From: Candidatus Calditenuis fumarioli
Lineage (GTDB): Archaea > Thermoproteota > Nitrososphaeria_A > Caldarchaeales > Calditenuaceae
Assembly (NCBI GenBank): GCA_030059665.1
Contig: JANVYR010000001.1
Span: 576,001 to 640,000 of the forward strand
Direction of reading: 5' to 3'
DNA length: 64,000 nucleotides
Program-made: the position numbers and the translations under genes
The notes under the pieces: model-generated
The model's input: only the letters and a program-made list of their open reading frames with translations
What the model was told of the DNA's origin: nothing
Database searches by the model: none
Shown: positions 9,192-18,817 of the stretch, in pieces
Layout of the letters: the number at the start of each line of letters is the position of its first letter
How positions within the stretch are numbered: position 1 is the first letter of the stretch

Positions 9192-9862
9192 ACGCGTCCG
9201 GACCTCGCGAGGATCTCGTCCACCACTTTCGCCACCGCCTGCTCGAGCGAGTCTCTCTCGTTAACGACCCACAAGACCCTTTCACCCTCATCCTTCCGGA
9301 AGTCCGCGTAGTATTGTCTGACGAGATTCTGAAACGTCGAGTCGAGCTCGAGGAAGCCCGCACCCCTCTCGGACCTGACGCGCCGCAACCTCTCCTCCTC
9401 GTCGACGTCCACGACCACGTAGAGGTGGGGCCTGATGACGTGGTGGCCAGAAAGCGATTCGAAGAGCCGCACGAGCTCCGTGACCCGAATGCTAACCTCG
9501 ATCCCAGACCTGCTGAGGTATGCGAGTCCGAAGACGATCGAGCAGAGGTAGTACCTGTCCAGCAGCAGGAAGTCGGCCGACCTCCTTTTGCATCTCCTCA
9601 GCATCTCCCGCGTCTCCTCGACGGTGTTGGTGAGGAAGAGGAGCATCCTCGAGATCGGCGCTGTCCCCCGCCTGTTGCCGTACTCGACCGCGAACCTGCC
9701 GGTTGGTGAGGGGCCGGGAGTCTTGTAGGTCACCACCGCGTACCCCATGCCCCTGAGCTCCCTCGCGACCTTGCGCAGGACGGTCGTCTTCCCGGAACCG
9801 TCGGGGCCCTCGAAGTCCACGACGAAGGCCCTGAAGGGCGCGGCAGTCTGATGAGACGTCAA
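9179..9862 (-). CDS. tmk: Thymidylate kinase
   Basis: FEGPDGSGKTT P-loop and LLDRY motif. Confidence 0.8.
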   Translation of the reverse strand: MTSHQTAAPFRAFVVDFEGPDGSGKTTVLRKVARELRGMGYAVVTYKTPGPSPTGRFAVEYGNRRGTAPISRMLLFLTNTVEETREMLRRCKRRSADFLLLDRYYLCSIVFGLAYLSRSGIEVSIRVTELVRLFESLSGHHVIRPHLYVVVDVDEEERLRRVRSERGAGFLELDSTFQNLVRQYYADFRKDEGERVLWVVNERDSLEQAVAKVVDEILARSGRVQAR

Positions 9863-9991
9863 CCCACCACCCGGTCGCCTGCGTCATGGACCAATTTAGC
9901 CTGCTTCCCTCCGGTGACAGACGACCGATCCCCAATCTCGACCCGGATGGTCCGGTTAAGTTAATGATCAGGGACGTCGCAATGGAACGCG

Positions 9992-10903
9992 GTGGACGCC
10001 TCGAAGGGCCTGGAGTTCCTCAAAAGCCTGACCGTCGAGTCGTTGATGAAGGCGCTCGAGGAGAAGCTCTACGTCGCCGACCGGGAGCTTGCTACTGCCC
10101 TTTACCTCGCGATCCAGATGAGGAAACCCCTGCTGATCGAGGGGGAGCCGGGATGCGGCAAGACCGAGGTCGCGAAGGTCCTCGCGGAGATTTTGGGGAC
10201 GGAGCTGATAAGGCTCCAGTGCTATGAGGGGCTCGACGCCTCCGACGCGATCTACGAGTGGGACTACCCGAGGCAGCTGCTCTACATCAAGATGCTCGAG
10301 TCGAGGAAGGACATCACGGAGCTCGAGAGCGAGATCTTCAGCGAGCGCTTCCTCCTGAAGAGGCCCCTCCTCAGGGCAGTACTGCACCCGGGACCGCTTC
10401 CGCCGGTGCTCCTGATCGACGAGATAGACAGGGCAGACGAGGAGTTCGAGGGGTTCCTGCTCGAGTTCCTCGCGGAGTACCAGGTGACGATCCCAGAGAT
10501 CGGGACGATCAAGGCCAAGGTCGAGCCGATAACGATACTGACGTCCAACAGGACGAGGGAGATCGGCGACGGCCTGAAGAGGAGGTGCCTGTACTACTAC
10601 GTCACGTACCCGTCGAAGGAGAAGGAGATGAGGATACTGAAGCTGAAGGTGAAGGGGCTGAGCGACTCGCTCGCGGAGCAGCTCGTGGCCTTCGTCAACG
10701 TTTTGCGTCAGAGGCCAGACATAATGAAGAAGCCCGGGATATCGGAGACGCTCGACTGGGCGAACGCTCTGATGAAGCTCGGTGCCAAGGAGCTGAACAG
10801 GGAGGTGCTGAGGTCGACGCTGGTCTGCATCGTCAAGACGCAGGACGACCTGGCGAGAATAGACGTCGACTCGTTCGCGTCCTTCACAAACAGACAGGGC
10901 TGA
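9992..10903 (+). CDS. MoxR/CoxD-like AAA+ ATPase
   Basis: GEPGCGKT, RLQCYEGLD..AIYEWDY, LIDEIDRADEEFE. Confidence 0.9.
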   Translation: MDASKGLEFLKSLTVESLMKALEEKLYVADRELATALYLAIQMRKPLLIEGEPGCGKTEVAKVLAEILGTELIRLQCYEGLDASDAIYEWDYPRQLLYIKMLESRKDITELESEIFSERFLLKRPLLRAVLHPGPLPPVLLIDEIDRADEEFEGFLLEFLAEYQVTIPEIGTIKAKVEPITILTSNRTREIGDGLKRRCLYYYVTYPSKEKEMRILKLKVKGLSDSLAEQLVAFVNVLRQRPDIMKKPGISETLDWANALMKLGAKELNREVLRSTLVCIVKTQDDLARIDVDSFASFTNRQG

Positions 10904-10907
10904 GAGG

Positions 10908-12071
10908 GTGGAGGTGGACCCGTACCGGTTCGTGGTCGAGATCGCCGAACACCTCAGAAGGCACCAGCTGAAGGTGGGCGTCTCCGAGTCCCTCGACGCC
11001 TGCCAGGCCCTGAACCTCGTTGCCGGGTACGGGCTGCCAGAGATCAAGACCGCGATAAAGGTCACCATGATCAAGGACCCGTCGAAGTACCACCTGCTCG
11101 AGGAGGTGATGTCGCAGGCCCTTGAGCGGGCCGCCTCCTCGGAGGGCGAGGGTGAGGGGGAGGACGAGCAGGGCGACACCTCATCGGGCAGCAGGCTCAG
11201 CCAGGTCTCGGTCTCCAAGGACGCTCAGGGAAGGGACCAGAGGTCGGACAGGACCGTGGACGTCTACATGTACAGCCCGATGGAGACGCTCAGCCGCAGG
11301 AACCTCAGACCCATAGACCCGATGAAGGTCAGGCTCGGGAAGAGGATCGTGAAGAGGATGAGGAGGAGGCTGGCGGTCCTCCCCGGGAGGAGGTACAGGA
11401 GGTCGAAGGCCGGTGAGCTGGACTTCCCGAGGACGATGAGGGCTGCGCTGGGGACGGCCGGCGAGCTGCTCGAGCTGAGGAAGACCAAGCCGATCCTCGC
11501 ACGGCTGAGGGTGGTGGCCTTCTTCGACATCAGCGGATCGATGGACACCTACACCGACTGGATCGTCAGGGCCATGTACCTCGTCAAGCGTCTCGGAAGG
11601 AGGGTGGAGGTCTTCGTCTTCAGCACGAGGCTCCTCCGGGTCACGGAGCTACTGGAGACGACCAACCTCGAGGAGATCAGGCGGAGGCTCTCGGAGAGGG
11701 TGGACCTGTGGGGGAGCGGCACCAGGATCGGAAGCTGCCTGAAGCAGTTCCTCGACCGGTACGGCAACCTCGTGGACAGGACGTGGACCGCGATCGTCGT
11801 CAGCGACGGATGGGACACGGGCGAGCCGGAGCTGCTGAGGTACACCATGGAGGCCCTCAGGATGAGGGTGGGGAGGATCGTCTGGCTTAACCCCCACGCG
11901 GACAAGCCCAACTTCAAGCCCATGACCATCGGGATGCTCACGGCGCTGCCCTACGTGGACGTCCTCGCGGGCACCATGGTGCTGGAGGACATGAACTCCT
12001 TCCTCAGGTTCTTCGGCAGGGCAATAACGCCGATGAAGGTGAGGGGAAAACCGGTCCCGAAGCCCTTCTGA
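10908..12071 (+). CDS. CoxE-like vWA domain protein
   Basis: DISGSM MIDAS motif, WGSGTRIG, SDGWDTG, WLNP. Confidence 0.88.
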   Translation: MEVDPYRFVVEIAEHLRRHQLKVGVSESLDACQALNLVAGYGLPEIKTAIKVTMIKDPSKYHLLEEVMSQALERAASSEGEGEGEDEQGDTSSGSRLSQVSVSKDAQGRDQRSDRTVDVYMYSPMETLSRRNLRPIDPMKVRLGKRIVKRMRRRLAVLPGRRYRRSKAGELDFPRTMRAALGTAGELLELRKTKPILARLRVVAFFDISGSMDTYTDWIVRAMYLVKRLGRRVEVFVFSTRLLRVTELLETTNLEEIRRRLSERVDLWGSGTRIGSCLKQFLDRYGNLVDRTWTAIVVSDGWDTGEPELLRYTMEALRMRVGRIVWLNPHADKPNFKPMTIGMLTALPYVDVLAGTMVLEDMNSFLRFFGRAITPMKVRGKPVPKPF

Positions 12072-12084
12072 GCTCCCGAGCGGC

Positions 12085-12408
12085 TCACTCGATCACGCAG
12101 ACCTCGCCGTCGAACTCGATCCTCCTGTAGGGTACGAGTATCCACCCCCTGTCGTAGACCTCATCGCCCCTCCGCTGGATCCCCACCATGCCGAACGCCT
12201 TAGTGCGGATGATCAAGTGCCGCGCCACGAACTCCTCCTCCAGATGGAACCGTGAACCTTCCAGCCTACCGGTCCCTATCACCCAGCCCGGCGGGGCCTC
12301 GGGCCCGTAGCTCTTGAGGTAGTTGATCCTCGCCGCCCTACCCTTCAGCTGCACCTCCTTCATCCCCTCGTCGGGCATCACCACCTCGTCGTAGACGTAC
12401 GTCGACAT
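12085..12408 (-). CDS. Hypothetical protein (~107 aa)
   Basis: Start moved to ATG 12408, because the longer ORF runs into the tRNA. No family recognised. Confidence 0.5.
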   Translation of the reverse strand: MSTYVYDEVVMPDEGMKEVQLKGRAARINYLKSYGPEAPPGWVIGTGRLEGSRFHLEEEFVARHLIIRTKAFGMVGIQRRGDEVYDRGWILVPYRRIEFDGEVCVIE

Positions 12409-12563
12409 CGTGCCCCTGCTACTGCGGCATTTCATAAACGTCCCCCAGAAGTGGGCCCATGCACCTAACGTTGAAGACGTGACCGAGGATTTCCGTTGAG
12501 ACATGGCTGCCGCCCGAGCGCTGAATCGTGCGGCTACTGCAATGGAGATGCCAGGGAGTTGAG

Positions 12564-12691
12564 TGGTCCCCCGGGCAGGATTTGAACCTGCGACCACCCG
12601 GTGTTTGCGGGATGTAGCCTGGCCGGCCGGCGAGGGCCGGCGACCGCCGCCCTCTACAGCCGGGCGCTCTACCAGGCTGAGCTACCGGGGG
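12564..12691 (-). tRNA. tRNA-Tyr(GTA) with ~51-nt intron at 37/38, CCA encoded
   Basis: Cloverleaf CCCCCGG..GCTCAGCCTGGTAGAGC G CCCGG CTGTAG|intron|A CCGGG..TTCAAAT..CCGGGGG ACCA with a relaxed BHB. Confidence 0.93.
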
Positions 12692-12737
12692 TCACCATGA
12701 AAGCTGTCTGGCTCGATTTAGAGGTGATGCGGGAGGG

Positions 12738-13415
12738 TCAGAGGAGGGCCGAGAGCAGGACCACTGAGATAGCGAAGGCCAGCACCAGCGCGTCACTCGG
12801 GAGGAACGGGACCCGCCTCAAGGGCCTCCAGGTCTGAGGGTCGAACCCCCTCGCCTCGAGCGCCACCGAGACCTTCTCGGCCGACGAGAGCGACTCGGCA
12901 ACGAGCGCCCTGACGAGCACTCCCAGACGCGTCACCGGGTGAAGAGGCGAGGAGATCACGCCCTTCGATCTGAGCGCGGCCATCACGTCCTCGAGGGCCC
13001 TGAGCGACCTCCTCAGCAGGACGTGCGCGATCCCCAGCGATGCGGAGAACCATCCCGGGAGGCCCGCGGAACGGAGCGAGTAGGCCAGCTCCCAAGATTC
13101 GACGCCGTAGGCGAGGAGCATCGACCCCATAACCATCGCCTCCACCCTCACGAGGAGCAGCGCCACCAGCCACGGTTCCCTTCCCCCTGAGGCGAGGAAC
13201 GCGAAGGCGCCCAGGCCCAGGCCCATCGGGAGGAACCTGATGGCCCACGTCGCTATCAGCGAGGGCCTCCTCACCGCCAGAAGGGCGAGCACCAGCGAGG
13301 CCAGGGCGATGATCAGCGATCCCCCTATCTCCCTCTCGAGCGTCACGGCGCCAGCCAACAGGGCCACTGCGATGGAAGCGACGATCGGGTGTACAGCGCT
13401 CCTCCTGCTGGCCAT
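12738..13415 (-). CDS. ECF transporter T component
   Basis: TM helices and the ALRSKG / ALEARGF Arg motifs. Confidence 0.85.
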   Translation of the reverse strand: MASRRSAVHPIVASIAVALLAGAVTLEREIGGSLIIALASLVLALLAVRRPSLIATWAIRFLPMGLGLGAFAFLASGGREPWLVALLLVRVEAMVMGSMLLAYGVESWELAYSLRSAGLPGWFSASLGIAHVLLRRSLRALEDVMAALRSKGVISSPLHPVTRLGVLVRALVAESLSSAEKVSVALEARGFDPQTWRPLRRVPFLPSDALVLAFAISVVLLSALL

Positions 13416-13419
13416 CAGA

Positions 13420-14703
13420 TCAGAGCTCAACCAGCCTCCCCTCCTCCAGCCTGAAGACCCTGCTGGCAACCCGCTCTACGAAGGACTCGTCGTGGGACGA
13501 GATCAGCACCAGGGAGCCCTCCTCAGCAACCCTGCTCACGAGGTTCCCGATCGAACCGGCGTTCCGCGGATCGAGGCCCGCGGTCGGCTCGTCCAAGGCC
13601 AGAACAGCAGGCCTCCTGGCGGCCAGCAGGTAGGTCGCCAGAACCCTCCTTGAACCCGCGCCCAACTCCCCTATGGTGGTCCTCTCGAGGGCAAGGCGCG
13701 TCGTCTCATCGGGAGGCTCGACGAGACCGTTCGAGACGAGAGGGACGAGCTCCTCCCAAACGGTCCGCTCCGTCAGCACCGGGTCTGGGTTCTGCGGGAG
13801 GTACAGGGATCGCGGGGGTCCGGGCCGGGAGCCGTTCAGCAGCACCGTCCCCCTTTTCGGCTTGAGGACGCCCGTGAGGAGCTTGAGGAGCGTCGTCTTG
13901 CCTGAACCGTTGGGGCCCGTGATGCCGATGACCTCACCGCCCTGTGCGCTCAGCTCGACCTCCCGCAGCACATCCCCAGTTCCCGGATACCCGAACCCGA
14001 TGCCCCTCGCGACGAGCGACGGCCTGAAGTTCCGACCACCGGAGCTGCGCAGCTCGGGCAGCCTCAGCTCCTGGTTCTCCGCCGGAGGAAGCTCGATCAC
14101 GCCGTCGGGCCTCAGGGGGAGCTTCCCGGGGTCGCTGACGGCGATCAGGACCGAGGTCCCGGAACCCACCGCATCCCCCAGTGCCTCAGCGATCGCCTTC
14201 CTCCCCTCGGAGTCCACCTGGGAGAGGGCGTCGTCCACCAGCAGGAGAGAGGGCGACGTGACGAGGGAGCAGGCCATGACGAGCCTCTGCAGCTGCCCTC
14301 CCGAGAGCGCCTCCACGGGGTCGAGGGCCCTCCTCCCGAGCCCAACGGCCTCCAGGGCCTTGAGAGATCGCCTGAGGGCGTCGTCGGGGTCCATGCCGAG
14401 GAACTCAGGTCCGGCCAAGACCTCGTCCAGCACGTGGTTCCTGACCAGGTAGCTCACCGGGTCAGCAGGGACGTATGAGACCTTCGACCTGAGGACGCGC
14501 CCGTCGATCGAGGAGAGCTCAGCACCGTCGAGCTCAGCGTACCCCTCGTGGTCGATCAGCCTCACGATGGCCAGCAGCGTCGAGGTCTTCCCCGAGCTGT
14601 TAGGTCCGACGAGGGCCACCACAGCGCCGTCGCTGACGGAAGCGTCGACCCTCGGCCCCCTCCACTCACCCCGCCTTGCCCTGAACGACCTCAGCCTGAG
14701 CAA
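13420..14703 (-). CDS. ECF transporter fused double ATPase
   Basis: Two Walker A motifs (GPNSSGKT, GPNGSGKTT), LSGGQ, DEPT. Start (TTG 14703) is approximate. Confidence 0.85.
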   Translation of the reverse strand: MLRLRSFRARRGEWRGPRVDASVSDGAVVALVGPNSSGKTSTLLAIVRLIDHEGYAELDGAELSSIDGRVLRSKVSYVPADPVSYLVRNHVLDEVLAGPEFLGMDPDDALRRSLKALEAVGLGRRALDPVEALSGGQLQRLVMACSLVTSPSLLLVDDALSQVDSEGRKAIAEALGDAVGSGTSVLIAVSDPGKLPLRPDGVIELPPAENQELRLPELRSSGGRNFRPSLVARGIGFGYPGTGDVLREVELSAQGGEVIGITGPNGSGKTTLLKLLTGVLKPKRGTVLLNGSRPGPPRSLYLPQNPDPVLTERTVWEELVPLVSNGLVEPPDETTRLALERTTIGELGAGSRRVLATYLLAARRPAVLALDEPTAGLDPRNAGSIGNLVSRVAEEGSLVLISSHDESFVERVASRVFRLEEGRLVEL

Positions 14704-15277
14704 CAGGCCACCCCTTGAGCCTCCCCGCAGCCACCAGGGCGTCCACCACAGCCTTGACCAGGACCCCGCCGAGGAGGGCACCGCTGACGACCATGGCGGC
14801 GACGATCGATGTGTGGAGCTCCAACGGGTAGAACCGGCACCGCGGATAGAAGGGCGAGACGAGGCAGTCGAAGGGGTAGGCCGCTATGACGGGGAGGGCG
14901 CCGGCGAGCGCCATGGTTCCGTACCCCCATTTCCTGTACCTCCTGAGGGCGAAGGCTGCCTCGCTCATTATCCCCTGCACTGGACCGTAGTAGTAGAGCA
15001 GGACCGAGTAGGGGCTGACCAGCAGCAGCTCCACTATCGCTCCAATCGTCTCGCCGACGAAGGCGGCCCACCTCCTCCTCAGCACGTACGCCGGCAGCGT
15101 CCCTCCGATGTACCAGACGCCGTAGATGGCAGCCACCCCGAGGTGCCCGCCGAGTCCGAGCGCGACCGGGGCCACCAGGTGGCTCCAGACCGCGAAGACG
15201 AGCCCCGAGACGACCGATAGCGCCGCGAGCCCCACGAGATCCCGAACCGTCCAGGAAGGCCTTCGGCCGGCCTCCAT
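14666..15277 (-). CDS. ECF S component, YkoE (thiamine/HMP) family
   Basis: WTVRDLV..., GVWYIGG, AAFVGE..GA.VELL, G.VQG..SE motifs. Confidence 0.8.
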   Translation of the reverse strand: MEAGRRPSWTVRDLVGLAALSVVSGLVFAVWSHLVAPVALGLGGHLGVAAIYGVWYIGGTLPAYVLRRRWAAFVGETIGAIVELLLVSPYSVLLYYYGPVQGIMSEAAFALRRYRKWGYGTMALAGALPVIAAYPFDCLVSPFYPRCRFYPLELHTSIVAAMVVSGALLGGVLVKAVVDALVAAGRLKGWPVAQAEVVQGKAG

Positions 15278-15368
15278 GTCTCTCCCGGTCCGCCGATCCC
15301 TCACCGTTCAATAAACCTGATTATAAACGGGTTATGGGTGGAAGAGGTAACCTGACCGGGGTGCCCGC

Positions 15369-16259
15369 TCAGAAGGTCAGCTCCAGCTGGCGCTCGAGCC
15401 TGCGCTTCTGGGTCAGGTACTCCTCGTGGGCCAGCTCGCCAACCTTGTATCTCACCTCGAGCTTCAGGATCTCCGTCCTGATCCGCTCGTACTGCTTGAC
15501 GAGGTCCTGCATTGCGTCCAGCAGCGCGTTCAGGTTCCCCACGACCCTCTCGACGAAATCCTGGGGGAGCTTCAGCTGAGGTCCCTTCGCCTTGACGTCG
15601 TCTATCAGCTTCAGGACGTCCTCCCTGAACTTCGGTATGTCGCCTATCTTGATCTCGATCGGGTTCTGCAGGACCGCGAGCTTGGGCTTGAGCTTGCCGA
15701 GCTCGTTGTCGATCTCGATCTTCTGCCGGATGTACTCGCGCTGGGAGATCTCGCTGACCTCGTGCCTCAGCTTCAGGGTCTCCAGCCTCTGCGTGAGCTC
15801 CTTCATCCTGCTCTCGTACCGTGCGATCATCTCGAGGCGCTTCTCGTTGAGGGCCTTGATCCTGGACTCGTAGTCCGAGTAGATCTCCATGAAGATCTCC
15901 GGCGTCGACTCGCCCTCGAGGAAGAGGTTGATCAGCTTGATCTGCCAGTTGTAGAGCTTCGATAGCTGCTCAACAACCCGCCTCTCCTCAGCGATGTCCT
16001 CCCCAGTTGCCTCTTTCGTCTGCTCACCGGTCTGCACCGTCTCGGCTGCCTGGGACCTCTGCTCCGACGGACCGATGGGGGTCGTCTGTCCGGAAGCGGC
16101 TGTCGCGATAACGGGCTCAGGTTGGACGACCTGCTGTGTGACCGGGGTCGTTGCCTGTGTCGGTGGGGCCTCCAGCTCCTTGCCACAGTTCATGCAGTAC
16201 TTCCCCTTGATCGTCAGCTTGCCGCAGTGCGGGCATACGACCCTTCCGAGCACCGCCAT
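15369..16259 (-). CDS. Zinc-ribbon plus CdvA-like coiled-coil protein
   Basis: CPHC..CMNC at the N-terminus, a low-complexity linker, and repeated L..RY/H..GE(I/L)S.EEY coiled-coil units. Confidence 0.6.
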   Translation of the reverse strand: MAVLGRVVCPHCGKLTIKGKYCMNCGKELEAPPTQATTPVTQQVVQPEPVIATAASGQTTPIGPSEQRSQAAETVQTGEQTKEATGEDIAEERRVVEQLSKLYNWQIKLINLFLEGESTPEIFMEIYSDYESRIKALNEKRLEMIARYESRMKELTQRLETLKLRHEVSEISQREYIRQKIEIDNELGKLKPKLAVLQNPIEIKIGDIPKFREDVLKLIDDVKAKGPQLKLPQDFVERVVGNLNALLDAMQDLVKQYERIRTEILKLEVRYKVGELAHEEYLTQKRRLERQLELTF

Positions 16260-16348
16260 CCCTTTTCCCTCTGCGTTTCCGAATCCCTCATATGCTATAT
16301 ATTTTCCACTGGGACGCCTCCCGGACCGGAACCGGGATATCCTCCGTG

Positions 16349-17767
16349 TTATCCTCTGGGATTACGCAGTGAATTGATCTCCTCCGCGAGGGCCGCCATG
16401 CCCCTCTCCAGCTTCTCCAGCGAGTCGCCGACGCTGAGCCGGAAGAACTCGCGGTAGTCGCCGAAGACGGTTCCGGGAGCGACGGCCACGCCCCTCTTCC
16501 GGAGCAGGTCGAGAGCGAACTCCATCGGGTCCCTTCCGCCGAGCGGGATCCTCGGGAAGACGTACATCCCTCCTCCCGGCCTGACGTACTCCGCGCCGAT
16601 CGCGTCGAGGTACCTGCAGATCACCTCGATCCCCCTCAGCATGTGATCCCGGTAGGCCCTCGGGGTCTCCCTGTCGGAGAGGGCCTTGAGCGCCGCGACC
16701 TGGACGAACTCGGGGACGCACGTGAGCAGACTCCCCTGCAGCTTGGCCATTCTCTCCGCGACCTCGACCGGTGCGACCGCGTACGCTATCCTGTAGCCCG
16801 TCATCCCCCAGCTCTTGGAGAAGGACATGATCATTATGACCCGCTCGTAGCCTGCGGAGAGGGCCGTCACGTGCTCACCGAAGGAGTAGTCCATGTAGAC
16901 CTCGTCGCTGATGACGTAGAGGTTCCTCCTGCGAGCCACCTCCACCAGCTCCTGAAGCAGCTGCCTCCCGACCACCGCCCCCGTCGGGTTGTTGGGGTAG
17001 TTCAGGACCATCAGCCTCGTCGAGTCCGACGTCAGGTCCTCGAGCTTCGCCGGGTCCGGGAGCCAGCGGCCCTCGAGGGAGGTGCTGTGGACGACGGCCC
17101 TACACCCGAGCATCGAGATCACCTGCTTGTAGTGGGGCCAGGAGGGGTCGATCACCAGCGCCTCGTCGCCGATGGAGAGCGTGGCCGCCATCGCGAGGTA
17201 GATCCCGAACCTCCCTCCCTGCGTGACGACGACCTGCTCCGGCTTCACGTCGACGCCGAACCTCTCGTTCAGGTCCTCAGCGATCGCCGACCTCAGCTCC
17301 GGAAGCCCGTGGGCCTCTCCGTAGAACGCGTACCCCTTCAGCGCTGCATCGGTCAGCTGGGCCGCGATGTGCTCCGGCGCTCCGAGCGTCGGCTCACCCA
17401 CCTCCATGTGCACGACCTCCCTACCCTCCCGCTCCATCCGCTTGGCGAGCCTCATCAGGTCCATGTGCGTCATCCCCTGAGGACCCTGTCCTTTCGCCTG
17501 GATCTCGGTTGATCTCCTCAGAAGTAGCGTCAGAACCCTCATGACCGTCTCGACGTCGAGCCCCAGCTCCGCCGCCCGACTCACCACCGCTTTCCTCAGC
17601 TCCCTCTCGACCTCTGGGTTGACGATCCCCTCGCCCGATCCGGACTTGAGGGCCGCGACCTCCCTCACGAGCTTCTCCCTCTCGGCCATCAGCTCGAGGA
17701 TCCTCAAGGTGACCTCCCTGATCCTCTCCCTGAGCTCGGCGATCCCGCCCCCTTTCTCGCGCTCCAA
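16349..17767 (-). CDS. Chorismate mutase - class I/II PLP aminotransferase fusion
   Basis: N-terminal IAELRERI...REKLVREVAALK...NPEVE (CM type 2), followed by NYPNNPTG, SDEVY, SFSKSWGMTGYRIAY. Start is approximate. Confidence 0.85.
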   Translation of the reverse strand: MEREKGGGIAELRERIREVTLRILELMAEREKLVREVAALKSGSGEGIVNPEVERELRKAVVSRAAELGLDVETVMRVLTLLLRRSTEIQAKGQGPQGMTHMDLMRLAKRMEREGREVVHMEVGEPTLGAPEHIAAQLTDAALKGYAFYGEAHGLPELRSAIAEDLNERFGVDVKPEQVVVTQGGRFGIYLAMAATLSIGDEALVIDPSWPHYKQVISMLGCRAVVHSTSLEGRWLPDPAKLEDLTSDSTRLMVLNYPNNPTGAVVGRQLLQELVEVARRRNLYVISDEVYMDYSFGEHVTALSAGYERVIMIMSFSKSWGMTGYRIAYAVAPVEVAERMAKLQGSLLTCVPEFVQVAALKALSDRETPRAYRDHMLRGIEVICRYLDAIGAEYVRPGGGMYVFPRIPLGGRDPMEFALDLLRKRGVAVAPGTVFGDYREFFRLSVGDSLEKLERGMAALAEEINSLRNPRG

Positions 17768-17865
17768 CCCGCCGCCGGGTTGCAGTCCTTCAATAAAAGC
17801 ATCCCCGGGTGAGGCGCAGCCCTGGGCGAACCTTCTCATACCCCACACGGCATCTAAGGCCGGGG

Positions 17866-18093
17866 ATGAGCGAGCTCTCGACGGCACCGATGCACAGGCT
17901 CCTGAAGAAGGCTGGCGCGGAGCGAGTGAGCGAGGAGGCCGCGGAGGAGCTGAGGAGGGTCCTCGAGGAGGTGGGGATCATGGTCAGCAACGAGGCGATA
18001 CGGAGGGCCCTCGCCGCGGGCAGGAAGACCGTGCGGAGGGAGGACGTGAGGGAGGCGGCCCTGTCGCTGATACCGAACATCAGGCTGGACTGA
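17866..18093 (+). CDS. Archaeal histone (HMf family)
   Basis: MSELSTAPMHRLLKKAGAERVSEEA...A..AGRKTVRREDV histone fold. Confidence 0.92.
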   Translation: MSELSTAPMHRLLKKAGAERVSEEAAEELRRVLEEVGIMVSNEAIRRALAAGRKTVRREDVREAALSLIPNIRLD

Positions 18094-18208
18094 GGCCCGA
18101 TCGTCGACACGGCTGGCGGAGCGGGATCCCGGTGGAGGCCGGGCGCCGTGTGAGAGAACTCGCACCGCACGTCTATTAGGACCGCAGTGAAGCGTATGAT
18201 CGCAGGCC

Positions 18209-18817
18209 TTGGTCAGGGTTATCGTCACGGCGGTCCCCGGCTCCGGCAAGACGACCGTTTTGAACATGGTGAGGGAGAGGGCGCCCGACGTGACCGTGAC
18301 CAACCTCGGAACCGTGATGTTCGAGATCGCTAGGGAGCGGTACGGCGTCGCCAACAGGGACGAGATGAGGAAGGTCATCCCGGTCGAGGATTACAGGGCC
18401 GTCCAGATTGAGGCGGCCGAGAGGATCGGCAGGATGGAGGGGAAGGTCCTGATCGACACGCATGCGCTGATCAAGACCCCCGTGGGATACTACCCGGGGC
18501 TGCCTCCGCCGCTGCTGGACGCGATCAGGCCCCACGCGATCGTCTTCCTCGACTTCAGGCCGGAGGACATACTCGAGCGCAGGAGGAAGGACGAGGACGT
18601 CCTCAGGAGCAGAGGTCTGGAATCGCTGGAGGAGATCGAAGAACACCAGAGGCTGAGCGAGATGGCCGCAGTCGCAGCAGCGAGCTACTCCTCCAGCTAC
18701 TTCCTCAAGCTCTCCTGCAGGTACCCTCAGAGCTACCCGTTCCAGCACGCTGAGGAGCTCTCCGCTAAGCTGATCGATTACCTCGCGAGGCTCGAGGCGA
18801 TGTCCAGCTCTACCTGA
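18209..18817 (+). CDS. adkA: Archaeal adenylate kinase
   Basis: VPGSGKTTV, RDEMRK, IDTH..I.TP.GYYPGLP. Confidence 0.92.
   Translation: MVRVIVTAVPGSGKTTVLNMVRERAPDVTVTNLGTVMFEIARERYGVANRDEMRKVIPVEDYRAVQIEAAERIGRMEGKVLIDTHALIKTPVGYYPGLPPPLLDAIRPHAIVFLDFRPEDILERRRKDEDVLRSRGLESLEEIEEHQRLSEMAAVAAASYSSSYFLKLSCRYPQSYPFQHAEELSAKLIDYLARLEAMSSST

Noticed and set aside
15277-15369. TPP riboswitch upstream of the YkoE-type ECF operon
   Set aside because: No GCUGAGA or CUGAU..GGUAAU..CGUAGGGA motifs; the short gap holds only a TATA-like TTTATAA.
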